Below, piece after piece: positions 40,690 through 52,500 of a stretch of DNA of 64,000 nt; position 1 is the stretch's first letter, and the number at the start of each line of letters is the position of its first letter. Source of the DNA: Epithemia pelagica (taxonomy: Eukaryota > Protista > Bacillariophyta); contig OX337234.1 of assembly GCA_946965045.2 (NCBI GenBank), positions 2,914,001 to 2,978,000 of the forward strand. The letters are read 5' to 3'. Position numbers and translations under genes: made by a program. The notes beneath the pieces are model-generated. The model ran no database searches. It worked only from the letters and a program-made list of their open reading frames with translations, and was not told the DNA's origin.

Positions 40690-42051
40690 CTACGGCATCT
40701 TCCTTCTCTTTCCCGAACTGCGATCTGCCTGCATGTTTGTTCTTGATTTCATAGAACAGGGCTGACATTCCATGGTGGGAATGAATCCAAATTGACGTTC
40801 CAGATCCCAATCAATCAAAGAATGAGCCAGTTTGCTTTCCGATGGCGACAAGCAGAGAGCCAAGTGCTGTTTGTTCTTCCTAATGGGTGGTCGGCCACCC
40901 CACGCCATGATTCCATCCTCCTCGTCCCACGGACTACGAGTCGTCATGCCCATGTGTTTGTAATAGGTGGGTGCCACCCTTAAGCCAAACCGTTGCGCCA
41001 GTTCTCGAATGACGCGATGAGGATTGGCTTCAAAATCGCGCAAATGAAGGACCACAACGCGGTTGACCGCCGCAGTCGTCGTGTTGTTGCTGGTTTGATG
41101 GGCATTCCATTCGACAAGTTGATGGAGAAGGGCCAATTTGTAGGCACGCAGGGCAAAGACATTGTCAAAGGATGGAGGAATGGTGGGGGATTCTGTCGTG
41201 TTCACCAGCAGGCTGACATTGCGTTCTTTCCAATCGTTCCAGGGTAATGTAAAAAATTCTTGGTTGGACATTTTTCGTGTCTGATTTTTGGCTTGGAGAC
41301 CAATGTAGAAATGGCCATTACAAACCTTTTCTTTTGTCGTGTCGTTTGAATGGTTCACTTTAGTGTTATTCGTCGTCGTCGTCGTCGACGACGACATGGG
41401 AGGACAGAGATGCCAGGGTGTCCGTCGCATAGCATCGGCCCATTGACAGGGACGTCGTACAACCAAGACAAGGAGAGCATGATTGGATACGACCGTGGTA
41501 CTAAAGGTTTCCAGTTCGGCGGTAGTCAAGAGGGAATGTTGGGGACGCCAAATGTGTTTGTATCCCAATACGGGTACTTGAAAGGAATAGGGATATCTGG
41601 AATGATTGGAAGTGGCGTATTGAGGAAAGGCTTGGAACAAGGTTTGTTCAATAAAATTGGTTCCCGAATTGCGTTCCCCGAGTAAGTAAATGGACCGAAC
41701 CATGGCCGAATCTGTAGGTGTTAGGCCTTGGTAGTCGTTGAGCGGTGGCTTATTCTTTCCAGACCGAGTGTCTTCGGATGGAATGTCCTGTCGCCGGTTT
41801 CGTTTCAAGGGCCCTCGTCTGGCATGAGGTTGGTGTTGGCGTTGTTGGTGTGGTTGGCCGTGACTCTGCCGTGGACCACTGGAATCCGAGAAGAGGGGGA
41901 AATTCAAAAAGAGTACCAGCAACACAACAAGAACCATGCCGACGAGATACAAATCCTTGAGATTCCAAACCACATCACCCAGAAATCGATTGGGTTCCGG
42001 CTGTTGGTTCCGACTCTTGTGGCGGCGAGAGGCTCGATTCGTCATGGTCAC
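40690..42051 (-). CDS. Sulfotransferase-like type II membrane protein
   Basis: TM segment YLVGMVLVVLLVLFLNF; PAPS-loop-like IYLLGERNSGTNF; GYKH; LVLVVRRPCQWADAM; NVFALRAYKL. Confidence 0.65.
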   Translation of the reverse strand: MTMTNRASRRHKSRNQQPEPNRFLGDVVWNLKDLYLVGMVLVVLLVLFLNFPLFSDSSGPRQSHGQPHQQRQHQPHARRGPLKRNRRQDIPSEDTRSGKNKPPLNDYQGLTPTDSAMVRSIYLLGERNSGTNFIEQTLFQAFPQYATSNHSRYPYSFQVPVLGYKHIWRPQHSLLTTAELETFSTTVVSNHALLVLVVRRPCQWADAMRRTPWHLCPPMSSSTTTTTNNTKVNHSNDTTKEKVCNGHFYIGLQAKNQTRKMSNQEFFTLPWNDWKERNVSLLVNTTESPTIPPSFDNVFALRAYKLALLHQLVEWNAHQTSNNTTTAAVNRVVVLHLRDFEANPHRVIRELAQRFGLRVAPTYYKHMGMTTRSPWDEEDGIMAWGGRPPIRKNKQHLALCLSPSESKLAHSLIDWDLERQFGFIPTMECQPCSMKSRTNMQADRSSGKRRKMP

Positions 42052-42978
42052 GACAATGACAGCAACAACAACACTTGGCTCGTGTGTAGAATTGTGCCGA
42101 GTGCGTTGGTTGGTGTCAGGAGAGAGAATGCGTAGAGACAGTTCAAGCGTTGTTCTCTGCCTACTACTCGTTTCGATGGATGCAATCCAATAACTGAAAG
42201 GACGTCACGATGTTTCACTTTCCCATTGCTCTGATGACGATGAGACTCGCATCGTCCATGGGAATTGGGATGACAATCGAGTGTATGTTTGGGGGCGGTG
42301 GATGAAAAACGCGGGGGCGACACCATATCTCAAAAGGGGTGAGCTCTATCCAAAAGATGCTCTAATATGCCCAATGCAAAAGTCGTTTGTGTTGAAGAGC
42401 ATGGAATCCATGAGAATGGCAACATCTTTACAAGAAGCCCTACTAGTTTCAACTATGCAACCAATATGGAGTGGACGATGGTCTTGGTGCGAAAAAAGAT
42501 GGCATTCCTGTGGGACACCCACCAATCCGCCATCCACGTCGACCACAAACAGCAGGTAATATCATACCCCAAGAGAGTCAAAAGACCATTGATAGAGTCC
42601 ATGGACTTGACAACCACATTTCTCGCGAATCATAACTGTGGCCTCACCGGTTGCTGAAACAGTCCCACGCATGTACCGTGAACACCGCCACGACCATGGT
42701 TCACGTTCATACACCAGTCTCTTGTTGTTTCTCGATCCATCCCAGTTCTTGTGTGCACCTGAGGAAAATCCAAAGTATTGAAACTGAAGTGCATGGGATA
42801 TGCAGTCGTCAACGTTAGATGGACTGTGGTTCCTTGGTTCTCCATTCAAGTATTCCACCCCCTGGAAGGAAGGACGGCGATGGATGCAAACAAGGCTTGT
42901 CTTTTTGTAACGAAACGCATACATGTCCAGGCAGCTTTTTGGTGGGTGGTGGCACTCCATCGTTTCCGTGTGCCTCCA

Positions 42979-44718
42979 TCACTTTTTTCGCTTCTTGTGG
43001 GTACTGCTGGTAGTGGTAGCAGCTGCAGTCGTGGTGGCCAAGACGGATGCCGCCGCCGCTGCGGCCGCGGCTGCTTCCGTCGCGGCTGTCGTCGTTGTCG
43101 CGGTAGAACCGGCGGCCACGGCAGCCGCCGCCGCCACAGCCGTCGAGGGACTCGGAGCCGAGGCTGTCGTGTTGTTGTTGTGGTGGTTGTGCGTCAGTGT
43201 CAATCCGGGTGTTGCCTGGGAGGAGGACTGGGATGTAGCTGTTGTGGTGGTGGGTGCCGGAAGGGCGGAAATGCCGGTCCAGGATTCCAATTCTTGAATG
43301 CGCTTGTCTTGTTCGGCAATGCGGGCATCCTGTTCTTGAATGCGCTTGTCTTGTTCGGCAATGCGAGCATCTTGTTCTTGAATCCGCGCATCTTTGTATT
43401 CCAATCGAGCTTCCAACAAGGTGACACGATCGTATCCCCGCGACCCATTGGTTTGCAAGGCGGCCGTGGCCAAGGGACGAGCCAGGCCGTTCGAGGTGGA
43501 ACCACTGTCTGTGGCGGTGGCGGGAGCCGCGGCATCTCCGGATTCAGAGGCAGTATTGTCCTTTGTGGATGTGGTTTCACTTTGGGACTCTCCCAAACTG
43601 GTTGTGGTGGTCGTAGTAGAAGTAGTAGGGAGCGTACGGACCGGCGTCGCACCAACAAGGCTGTTAGTACTCGTATAACTGTCGGGCAAATTGCCTTGCA
43701 ATTCCTTGGCCGATCCTCCCAGTGCCAGGTATTCTTCCACGAGATTTTTCCAGGGATAATTGGGTACGACAATGTATTGTCCTTCAAAACTAACGCCCGA
43801 CAAGTACCCCTGGACCGTGACGCGATCTTGTTGCGTCAAGCCCAATTCCAAGGCTTCGACGGCATTGACTGTTTCTTGCGTCAAGCCACTTCCATCGGCA
43901 TTCAAGACTTCGACGGGAAAATGATGCAAGGCAACATAATCTCGCGTTTGTTTTTGCGTCTTGATATCCGTCGCTGACGTTCCGCCCGTCAAGTATTGAA
44001 AAAAGCGTTGACGACGTTGATTTTCAAATTCGTGCAAGACGGTTTTCTCAATCCGCCGATTGTGCGGCAATTCAATGTACCCCGCCCGACGGCCATCGCG
44101 ATGTTTGGCATGCGGTTTGTTGGGATCGGGTTGACACCAATAGGTGACAATGCGACGACAATCCTTGGGATTGCGACATTGACACTTGACCATTAAAATG
44201 CCATTGACATAGTTGCGTTCACTTCCGCGTTTCTTTTTGCCGCCCGGCGTTGTTGTTGTGGCTTCGACGGCCGATGTAGAGGGTGCTGATGCCACAACAC
44301 AGGTTGCAGCGGTGGATGGTGGTGGTACGTCCGTTGTTGTGGATGTGGTGGTGACGGTGGTGGTTGCGGCTGGTACGGTTGCTGTCGTGGACGGTTCGGG
44401 TGGGGCGGTTGGAGCCGCAGCAGCAGCAGCAGCAGCTTGTGTGGTTGTGGCTGTCGGTTGCGTTGTGGTCGTTGGAACCGACGCACTGGCTGTTGTGGTT
44501 GGTTTGGAACTACTACTACTAGTATTAGCATCCTTTTTGTTGGAGGACAGAGGCAAGGAATATTGCGAATGGTGATAGCCCGTCTTGGCCTTTTTGGCTT
44601 CAATCGTCGTCTTGGGAGGAAGGGGTGGTGCTTGCTTGGCGGTGCCACTGCTGCTGTCGTGTTCTTTTTCCTGCTGTTTGGCTCGTTTGCTCGATCGGGT
44701 TTCACGTTCGGGCGACAT
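42979..44718 (-). CDS. Low-complexity nuclear protein with a THAP-like Zn-binding domain and a short coiled coil
   Basis: CQCRNPKDC..RRQRFFQYL..YVALHHFP segment at about 43915-44186; heptad-like repeat IQEQDARIAEQDKR; basic C-terminus HKKRKK. Confidence 0.6.
   Translation of the reverse strand: MSPERETRSSKRAKQQEKEHDSSSGTAKQAPPLPPKTTIEAKKAKTGYHHSQYSLPLSSNKKDANTSSSSSKPTTTASASVPTTTTQPTATTTQAAAAAAAAPTAPPEPSTTATVPAATTTVTTTSTTTDVPPPSTAATCVVASAPSTSAVEATTTTPGGKKKRGSERNYVNGILMVKCQCRNPKDCRRIVTYWCQPDPNKPHAKHRDGRRAGYIELPHNRRIEKTVLHEFENQRRQRFFQYLTGGTSATDIKTQKQTRDYVALHHFPVEVLNADGSGLTQETVNAVEALELGLTQQDRVTVQGYLSGVSFEGQYIVVPNYPWKNLVEEYLALGGSAKELQGNLPDSYTSTNSLVGATPVRTLPTTSTTTTTTSLGESQSETTSTKDNTASESGDAAAPATATDSGSTSNGLARPLATAALQTNGSRGYDRVTLLEARLEYKDARIQEQDARIAEQDKRIQEQDARIAEQDKRIQELESWTGISALPAPTTTTATSQSSSQATPGLTLTHNHHNNNTTASAPSPSTAVAAAAAVAAGSTATTTTAATEAAAAAAAAASVLATTTAAATTTSSTHKKRKK
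43291..43392 (-). repeat. 42-bp coding tandem repeat x2.4 (IQEQDARIAEQDKR)
   Basis: ttcttgaatgcgcttgtcttgttcggcaatgcg(g/a)gcatc(c/t)tg at 43291 and 43333, partial at 43375. Confidence 0.92.
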
Positions 44719-44744
44719 TTTTCAAAAAAGACTAGAACCGTTTC

Positions 44745-44829
<85 letters not shown>

Positions 44830-44850
44830 GGTGGTGGTGGTGGTGGTGGT
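44745..44850. repeat. Compound microsatellite (TTG)28(TGG)7
   Basis: Uninterrupted trinucleotide arrays about 30 bp upstream of the ATG at 44718 (minus-strand gene). Confidence 0.97.
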
Positions 44851-45946
44851 ACAAACTCGCTCTCGTGAGTGTCTTCACTGTGCAGTATACTACTGCTGCG
44901 TCTGTTTTGCCTTGCTTGAGATTCGTGGACCACCACGCTGCAAAAAAAGACCTCGAGAGAATAAGAGGTTGGAAAGTTAAGTTTCCGTTGGTTGGAGTAT
45001 GGATAGAGCGAGAGACGTTGTCGAATGCTAGACCACTTTTCTATTCTCGAGAGAGAGGCGAGATCGATTGTTCTATTGTAGATCACCCACAAGAGAAGAG
45101 AGAGATGCTATGTTGATGCGTAGAGATTCAAAAGATGTGCTGTTTCTACGTGATTCTCTACGTAATTTGGGTACTGGTCCAAAGGGGTCAAGCAATTGAA
45201 GCACCCAACCTCTGGTTCGGGTGGCACGTTCCACTCCCCATATTTTCCACCATAGATACAGATATTTGCAAGAATGAACCATTATCATGTATAGCCTCTG
45301 AGTAGTATCAGATTTCACTCATTTTCTCCGCCCCGGCCAATCTGTTGTGCCCCACACACCGTCGTTCGGACGGAACGGCACTGCGGTGGAAGTGGACCAG
45401 GGAATGAATCTGAGCAGGGTTCCTATTCTCAACGTACTCTCTGGTGTTTTACTGTGCTGGTTCTCATTACTAGCATATAACATGATAAGAATAAGAACGA
45501 TGAGGGGTATTCTGGACAGTCGGTCCTCCACCACCCACCACAATGATGGTGTGGAGTTTGGAAGAGAGCCATTCGACTTTGGGACGATCTTGGGGCTTGC
45601 TGTGTGAGGCAGAGAGAGAGACGGAGTACACTACTGAGATCTACCACAGCCAAGGACAAGCCAAACGTTGTCCATCTCAGAGAATCTGTCTGCTTCGTTG
45701 GCACACACTAGAATATCTCTGATTGGGAAAATATCCTTCCTCCTCGTGCTTTGGTGTGAAACCCTTGGCACTTGGCACTCGCAGTGAGCTGGTTGGTTGT
45801 GAGACTTGGGTTGTTGCTGTTGTAAGGGAAACAACAACACGAGGTGGAACATTGAAAAGACAGCGACGAACGAAACCAAGACGAGGATTGGGAGGTAATA
45901 TAGTAAAGAGAGAGAGCGTATAGCGTAGAACCACACTCACAGAGAT

Positions 45947-47662
45947 ATGAGTTCTCGATCCAACCGAAAAACGACCTCCAAGTCGTCGTCGTCGGCCAAA
46001 CCACGAGACGAGGAGGAGGAGAACCCCAACGACAAGGATGAAACACCACCACCGCCACCTCGTCGATCCAGTCGTCGTCTCAGTGCCAAAAAAGAGGCCG
46101 AAGCAGTGAAAGAAGAACCACTCCCCAAAAAGAAGACGACCAAACGCAAAGTCATTCACGAGAGTGACCAGGACGACGATCCAGAGGACGACAAGCCTAC
46201 CAAGCAACAACAAGAAGAAGAAGAAGACGATGACCCCGATGGCATTGGCGATGCCGATCTTTCGGGGAGTGAAAGCAGTAGTGACGACGACTCGGAGGAG
46301 GAGGATGACACCTTTCATCCTTCGAAACATGGCAAGAAGGAACCAAAAAAGTCCAATGCGTCTGCCTTGCGAATGTTGGAAAAAATCAAAAACAAGGCCA
46401 AACAACCACCCAAAGCACGGCGGCGACCATTGTCGCGTCATGAGGAAGAAGAAGAAGAAGACGACGAGGATTCCGATGGCCCCGTCATTCCCAAGAAGCG
46501 ATTGCGCAAGCAACGGAAGGACGACACGGAGGAGGATGACGACGAGGACGACTTGGTCATTCCCAAACGAGCCAAACGAACCAGTGGAACCGACGATACC
46601 GCTGTCGTGCCACGCAAAAAGGATGTCATTGGTGACACCAAGAATAAGAAAAAGGGCAAAAGCGAGCCCACCAGCTCGTTGCTGGGAAACATGGCACAAC
46701 CACTTCCCGAGGAAACTACGGAAGCACAAGCACGGACCAATCGGAATCATCCAGGGGGTCGTTCTCGATGGACGGGTGGCGATCGCAACCCAGCCAACAA
46801 CACCAACAATCCCAACAACAACAAGATGAATCCTCCTCATCCAAACAATACTCATGCCAACAAGAGCAGTAGTGGCAAACAACTCGGGTCGGTCGCATTG
46901 TTGAATCTTCCCCATGACATTCCCCGGACCGGAGGACCGGCACCCACGACAGCCTTGTCGCCCCAGGCGCAACAACGATTGCAACGAGGTGTCAATGCCA
47001 TTGAGAAACGAATCTTGTCCCATGTCACACGCTTGTGTCAATCGTACCAATCCATCATTGTCCTTCCCGACCATTCGGACCTGGGAGGACGCTACAAACG
47101 ATCGAATCATTCTTCTGCTTCCTCCTTTGCGGCCACGATTGATTTGACGGGAAGCTTTTTGGTAGGCTCGTCGTCCTATTCCTCCAGCAACAGCAGTACC
47201 ATGCTCGAGTCCAAGAATCAGGTTCCTCCTCCAGGATTGGATCAATACGATTTCTTTGATACCAATGAGCAGGGAGATATTGTCTTGATGCCACGTCCAC
47301 CCATGTTCCCCGAAGATTTTCGACCCGACCAAAAACCGCATGCCTTGTCGTGGTGGGGTGTTGTGGAACCCTCCATGGGTGCGGGAAAATATGCACCATC
47401 CCCACAGGATCGCGAGAGTCGCACTACTCGATCGACCACCCGTCCGGCGGCTGCGGTGGAACCCTCGCATCCGTCTCGGTCTCATCATGCTTTGGCACAA
47501 CGAGGAACAGGAGGACGATCGTCCGGTGATCGATATGCACACGACACGTCGACGACAAGACAGCGATCGTTTCATCCATCTTCGGGTCCTGCACGAGGAG
47601 GAGGAGGATCGTCATCTCGCCCGGAACATGCACGAGGTGGTGGCGGCGGAGGTCGCCGGTGA
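45947..47662 (+). CDS. Hypothetical 571-aa protein, mostly acidic/basic disordered sequence, with a short ordered motif (EQGDIVLMPRPPMFPEDF..LSWWGVVEP)
   Basis: Long ATG ORF preceded by a purine-rich leader; multiple NLS-like basic clusters. Confidence 0.7.
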   Translation: MSSRSNRKTTSKSSSSAKPRDEEEENPNDKDETPPPPPRRSSRRLSAKKEAEAVKEEPLPKKKTTKRKVIHESDQDDDPEDDKPTKQQQEEEEDDDPDGIGDADLSGSESSSDDDSEEEDDTFHPSKHGKKEPKKSNASALRMLEKIKNKAKQPPKARRRPLSRHEEEEEEDDEDSDGPVIPKKRLRKQRKDDTEEDDDEDDLVIPKRAKRTSGTDDTAVVPRKKDVIGDTKNKKKGKSEPTSSLLGNMAQPLPEETTEAQARTNRNHPGGRSRWTGGDRNPANNTNNPNNNKMNPPHPNNTHANKSSSGKQLGSVALLNLPHDIPRTGGPAPTTALSPQAQQRLQRGVNAIEKRILSHVTRLCQSYQSIIVLPDHSDLGGRYKRSNHSSASSFAATIDLTGSFLVGSSSYSSSNSSTMLESKNQVPPPGLDQYDFFDTNEQGDIVLMPRPPMFPEDFRPDQKPHALSWWGVVEPSMGAGKYAPSPQDRESRTTRSTTRPAAAVEPSHPSRSHHALAQRGTGGRSSGDRYAHDTSTTRQRSFHPSSGPARGGGGSSSRPEHARGGGGGGRR

Positions 47663-49563
47663 GAGGAGGAGAATGATACGTTTTCGTGCGTCATTTGGAA
47701 GTGCAAAGGCCCGGGATATAGATTTTGTTTCCTCAAGAAAACCAATTGTCGATTCTCAAGATGCCTCAAGATGTGGTATACGCAAATTCTCAGGATACAT
47801 ACATTTTGTCCCTCTCTTCCGTCAAGACGAGCAATGACCGTTCTCAAGAATGGATGGAGTTCCAGTCAACCATATAAATATAACGAATCGATTCCGTTTC
47901 CATGCGACGACATTTCATAGACACCGGGACTGTTCATCCCGACGTGGGGAGTCAGGACCATTCGTCGAACCGAAGAAGAATTCAAACGTTGGCGACTGAC
48001 GGTGACATGACCGATGTGAAGAGTGGCGATAATTGTATTTTTGGAGGTCTTTCTATTTCAAGGATATTTGCCGTTTACGCAAGGCACAACTCTAGCTATT
48101 ATATACCAGGGAAAAGGTTTTGATTCAAATGTCTTGGATGCGATGGAGGTTTTTTGGACCAGACGAAATTGTATCTTCAACTAATAGGTTTCTCCGTTAC
48201 TGTGATGGAGCACCCGTGAATGGCTACACAACCAAAAGACGGTTTTGAACAAAGCGTCCCAGGAAGAGAGAAACGAAATTGTCGACCAGATTCCCGACAG
48301 TCTACGGTTCGGGCCCATAGATTGGGAAAGAAAGACGGCATGTTAAATTTTTACGCTATGTATTGATACCGTAGGGGGCCATGGAAACACCATCCGCCTA
48401 ACAGAGGAACAAGAACAAACATCAAGTCAACATACGAGGGATTGATTGTCATCGCGGTGAGGTGGTCCGTCCTCCGACAGCAACGCTGTCTTTTTGCAAC
48501 TTTATGTTTCCTTAAGCCCAACGCGGTAAGATGCAGCCATTCCATTGCTGCTAGATTCTCTTTGGGTTCTTAGGATCAACGCTTCCTATTGTTGGAGGAA
48601 TGTCGCATGTCGCCACAGGATTGTTTTGGCTGTGGAAAGTTGAACGTGCATAATAGAAGAACTTCAAAGACATGAACAAAAGGGATCATGTGGAAAACAC
48701 AGAGCGCACATGTGGTCTGGAAACATCCTACGCCCTTGATATGGGCCTAACTTTTCTAAGTTCAATTTGTCGTTCACGCGGGAGGACTTGCCTGTTCAAG
48801 TGGTTGCTTCCTCAGTGATGCTGCTATTAGAGACAAATCAGTTGGAGGAACAAGGTATGTTGATGGGAACATCAAATTCTCAACTCTTTATTGATGGCCC
48901 CAGCTGTGAGACTCACCTTTCTATATGTCCTTTTATATACACAGGCCGATAGGGATCTATTGGAGTAAAAGAAAACGTATCTTCCCAGAGTGGTTGGGGG
49001 TCTGATATGCTCGATTCATCTGCGGCACGTAGGAATAGTTTCATATAGGTATCAACTCTGCAACAAAGAATTGTTCTTATTGCTCTTGACACTTCAATGG
49101 ACGTGATCAGATGGTCCAAACATGTATGATACAACGGGAGGTGTGTGTGTATGTCCCTTTCTGTGGACGGAGAACCCTCTTGTTGACCCAATGACCCCTC
49201 AAACAACAGGCCTGGAAGGCGATGTGCAGATGGGTCAGGAAGAACTACATACGTGGTGAGTGCAAGGGTCGAAGCCACCCAAGAGGGTAGGACAGGGCTT
49301 GGATATGAGCAAGAGCAACCATTTGAAAGAAAAACCAAAGAAGCAGGGTCTATCATGAGTTGAAGCTAAATGCAGATGGTTTTGAATCAAACTTGGTGAA
49401 GCTATCAGGCTTAAATGGCGATAGTGTCGCAACAATCAACCTCGTGACTCGATGAGACAAGAGAAAGTCTGATCTAGGACCACGGGATGAAAGTTTCCTC
49501 TCCAGGACAACCCAGATGAGAGACATCATTCCATGTACAAGCCCCAAGTATAAATCGGTTCAT

Positions 49564-52500
49564 CTATTGACGCCGCAGTTGACTATGATGCTCAAAGAAA
49601 TGGCCAGTACTGATAACCTTGAGGAAAGGATAGGACCGTGTCATTCGGGCCACTATTTGAAGCTGCTGCTTGATCGAGACAGCTCCACGTTCTCCGGCAA
49701 GTTCCGAGAGATCTTCATTGACACTACGAATCATTTCGTCGTTGAAGCGACGACGCTCTCTCCACATAATAGTGCGACATTCATGTATCAGTAGCATTAA
49801 CATACCCAAGTCATCCGCGCCCAAAACGCTTGGATTATGTGAAGCTTTCGTATTGACTGGTGCAACGCACCGTGTATCTGGTGGGTTGTCTCTCATTACC
49901 AGAAGACGTTCGATGTCCAAGACAATGGATCGGAAGGACGCATAAGTTTCTTCTCGGCTCTTACCGAGTCTCAGAAGGGCGTAGAAAAGGTATCGGATGA
50001 TTCTAGTTTCCACGTACACAATCATGAACACTGGTGTAATAGCAGCTAGGTTCATGTTGATGTCATTGGCAGACATAACCCTGTTCATTCATTTTTTGAA
50101 AGTGAGAGACGATTCTACAAGACATCAACAGAGGACGACCGACTCGTCCGACTTACTCATCCATTGCATGAAGAGCATTCATCATTTCCTGTGACGAAAC
50201 ACAAACGTGAGTCTCTTACCCAAAGCCACGGGTATAACACCGTCCATCGTACCTTTTTGAGCCACTGCATCTCAATGAAACTCATGCGAACAACCTCCAA
50301 TGTATTCAAACCAAGAGATTTCATATATTCCTCCTTCATTTCTTCTACCAATGTCACATCCATCGCATCTGCCAGAGATTGGCGTTGGGTGTCGGGCATG
50401 CCAGGATGGGTGTCGTCCAACCAGCTCTTGATCATTTTCTTTAAAACTTCAATGGACTCCATGCGAGCTTTTTTGTCACTGAAACTTGTCCGCCCTTTCC
50501 AAATTTCGTCGAATCTGTGGTTCAGGTGAGGGCAAGTGTGAGGGGGGATGCAAAGCAGAGAAAAACTACTAGACAACGTAGTCAGGCAGAGGTTGCTACT
50601 CACATTGCCATGACGGGTGCTTGTATGCGGGTGACGACAAAGTACTTGACTGATCGTACAAGGGAGGAAATCAAGATTCGAAACCTTCCATGCCGTACCA
50701 ACCAAATGGCAAAGGGGATACTAGGGGCCAAGAAGAACCAATTTCGTCTCCACCAATTGGGAGGTTGCAGTCGTTCCAGTCTCCGTTGTCGTTGAATGTC
50801 CATGACATCTTCCATGGCATTCAAGAGCTCTGAAACTTCTTCCGTCAAGGCTGGCAAATCCGCAATCACGACACGAGATGTACCGGGCGTTTGCTCCATG
50901 CCTGGCGTCATACCTTCGGCAGTGCGGACAGGCCCCGCATCCAGTGCCCAAGTTGGAAGAGCTGCATTTTTACGCAGAGAAGTAGGCGGAGCCACGAAAC
51001 TATCGTCAACAGCTCGAGTGGGCGACTCATGGCTTTCGTTGTCATATTGATCTGTTGCACTGCCGTTCCAATTTGATTCAAATGGCAAGGAGACGGTGCC
51101 GTTCGAGGCTCGGTTCAATTGCCTTCTTACTAATGCAATCGCATCTACCGACCACTTGGCCAAGAACAGGGGATCATCGACAAAGGTTCCACCTCCATCT
51201 CGATTCCGAACGTGAACATCTCCGCCCAAACCTCGTTTGAGGTCATTGGTGCTTTCATGTTTGGATGGTATTCGGCCAAGTTTGGATGACAACTTGTGTG
51301 ATTGGCCTTGTCGAATGCAGGTTAAAGACTGCCGCCCGCTACTTCGTGACTCGTTGCCTTCTCCATCGGAAACGACAGGCGTTCGATTCAACGAGGATCC
51401 ACTACTGGTCTCACGTATCATGCCCGGGTCTGCGTCATCCAGGTCTCGTTGTCTCGATGCAGCGCCTCCAGGACCAGGCATGTTGCTTGTTGTTGGTGGA
51501 AATGATTCTTGTTCCTGAGGCATTGGTTGTGGTGGCGGTGGTGGTATGGATTCGAATTCTTCTTCGGGTTGAATGGATCCATCAAAACCTGGTGCCACTT
51601 GGGCCCACCAATGACCTCCCTGTCCCAAGACACCCCATTGCGCCACACCTCGTTGCCAGCCGGCATGTAACAAATGTTGCTGCAATTCTCCAATGGCGGC
51701 ACACCGTCGCGCCAAAACGGCTTGACTTTGGGCCACCAATTTGCCCACTCGACGATGATTGTATCCACCCTCCGACATCCATACTGTTGTTTCCGATATC
51801 CCGTAAAAACCAAATGTCAAAACACGACACAAACGGAGAGACACACAAATCAAGAGAAAAACGCACAAGGTTGGAAAACTAGCGCTCCAAAGCAACGCAG
51901 TAGCACGAGACGTGTACAAACCCAGTCATTTTTTGTAGGGTCGTATTTGTGGTGAGTGGTTCTCTTACCTAACGGTCCCGCTTCCAAAAAGGACCATCCT
52001 GGATGTTCCCATCGCAAGGACCAAAAGCGAAGAGCAGAGTTCAATTCGACAGCTTCTTCCAAGGCCAAATCACGCCACGCTCGAATCGTTCCTTCCGCTA
52101 AATGAGCTGCCGTTTCCGCAGTGGCATTGGCTCGTGCTTGTAGGTTTCGATGTGGGGGACGATCGCGACGACGAAGCGGAGGAGCCATGGGACGTTGGTG
52201 CAATACCTCTTCGTCGTCGTCGTCTTCGAGGCACAAGGGTGGAGCTTCCGACCAACTGCCTTCATCGGCAGCAGTCAACAAAGAAGACGATTCTCGTGGT
52301 AGTGGAGGAGGATGAACCGAGGAGGATGTATGTGTTGTTCCACCTCTACTACTACTTTTACGTTTCCAGCCACTGGGTGTGGTTGTGTTTGTGGTCTCCT
52401 GGTCGTGATCGGTACCCATTTCGTCCCCCAGGGGCAAGCCCACTGGTGTTTCGAGATTGTTGTCTCCTCCTCCTCCTGTAACAGGATTGTTGTTGTTGTT

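Noticed and set aside
42778-43977. 399-aa plus-strand ORF, and others such as 19862-20848, 21443-22300 and 59766-60602
   Set aside because: These are antisense or alternative-frame shadows of longer, motif-bearing ORFs.
44193-45092. 299-aa polyQ ORF as an independent gene
   Set aside because: It is kept open largely by the microsatellite and overlaps the THAP-like gene out of frame; there is no other coding evidence.
45677-47575. 632-aa minus-strand ORF
   Set aside because: It is an antisense shadow of the low-complexity 45947-47662 gene, with F/L/V-rich text expected from reverse-complemented K/E/D codons and no domain.
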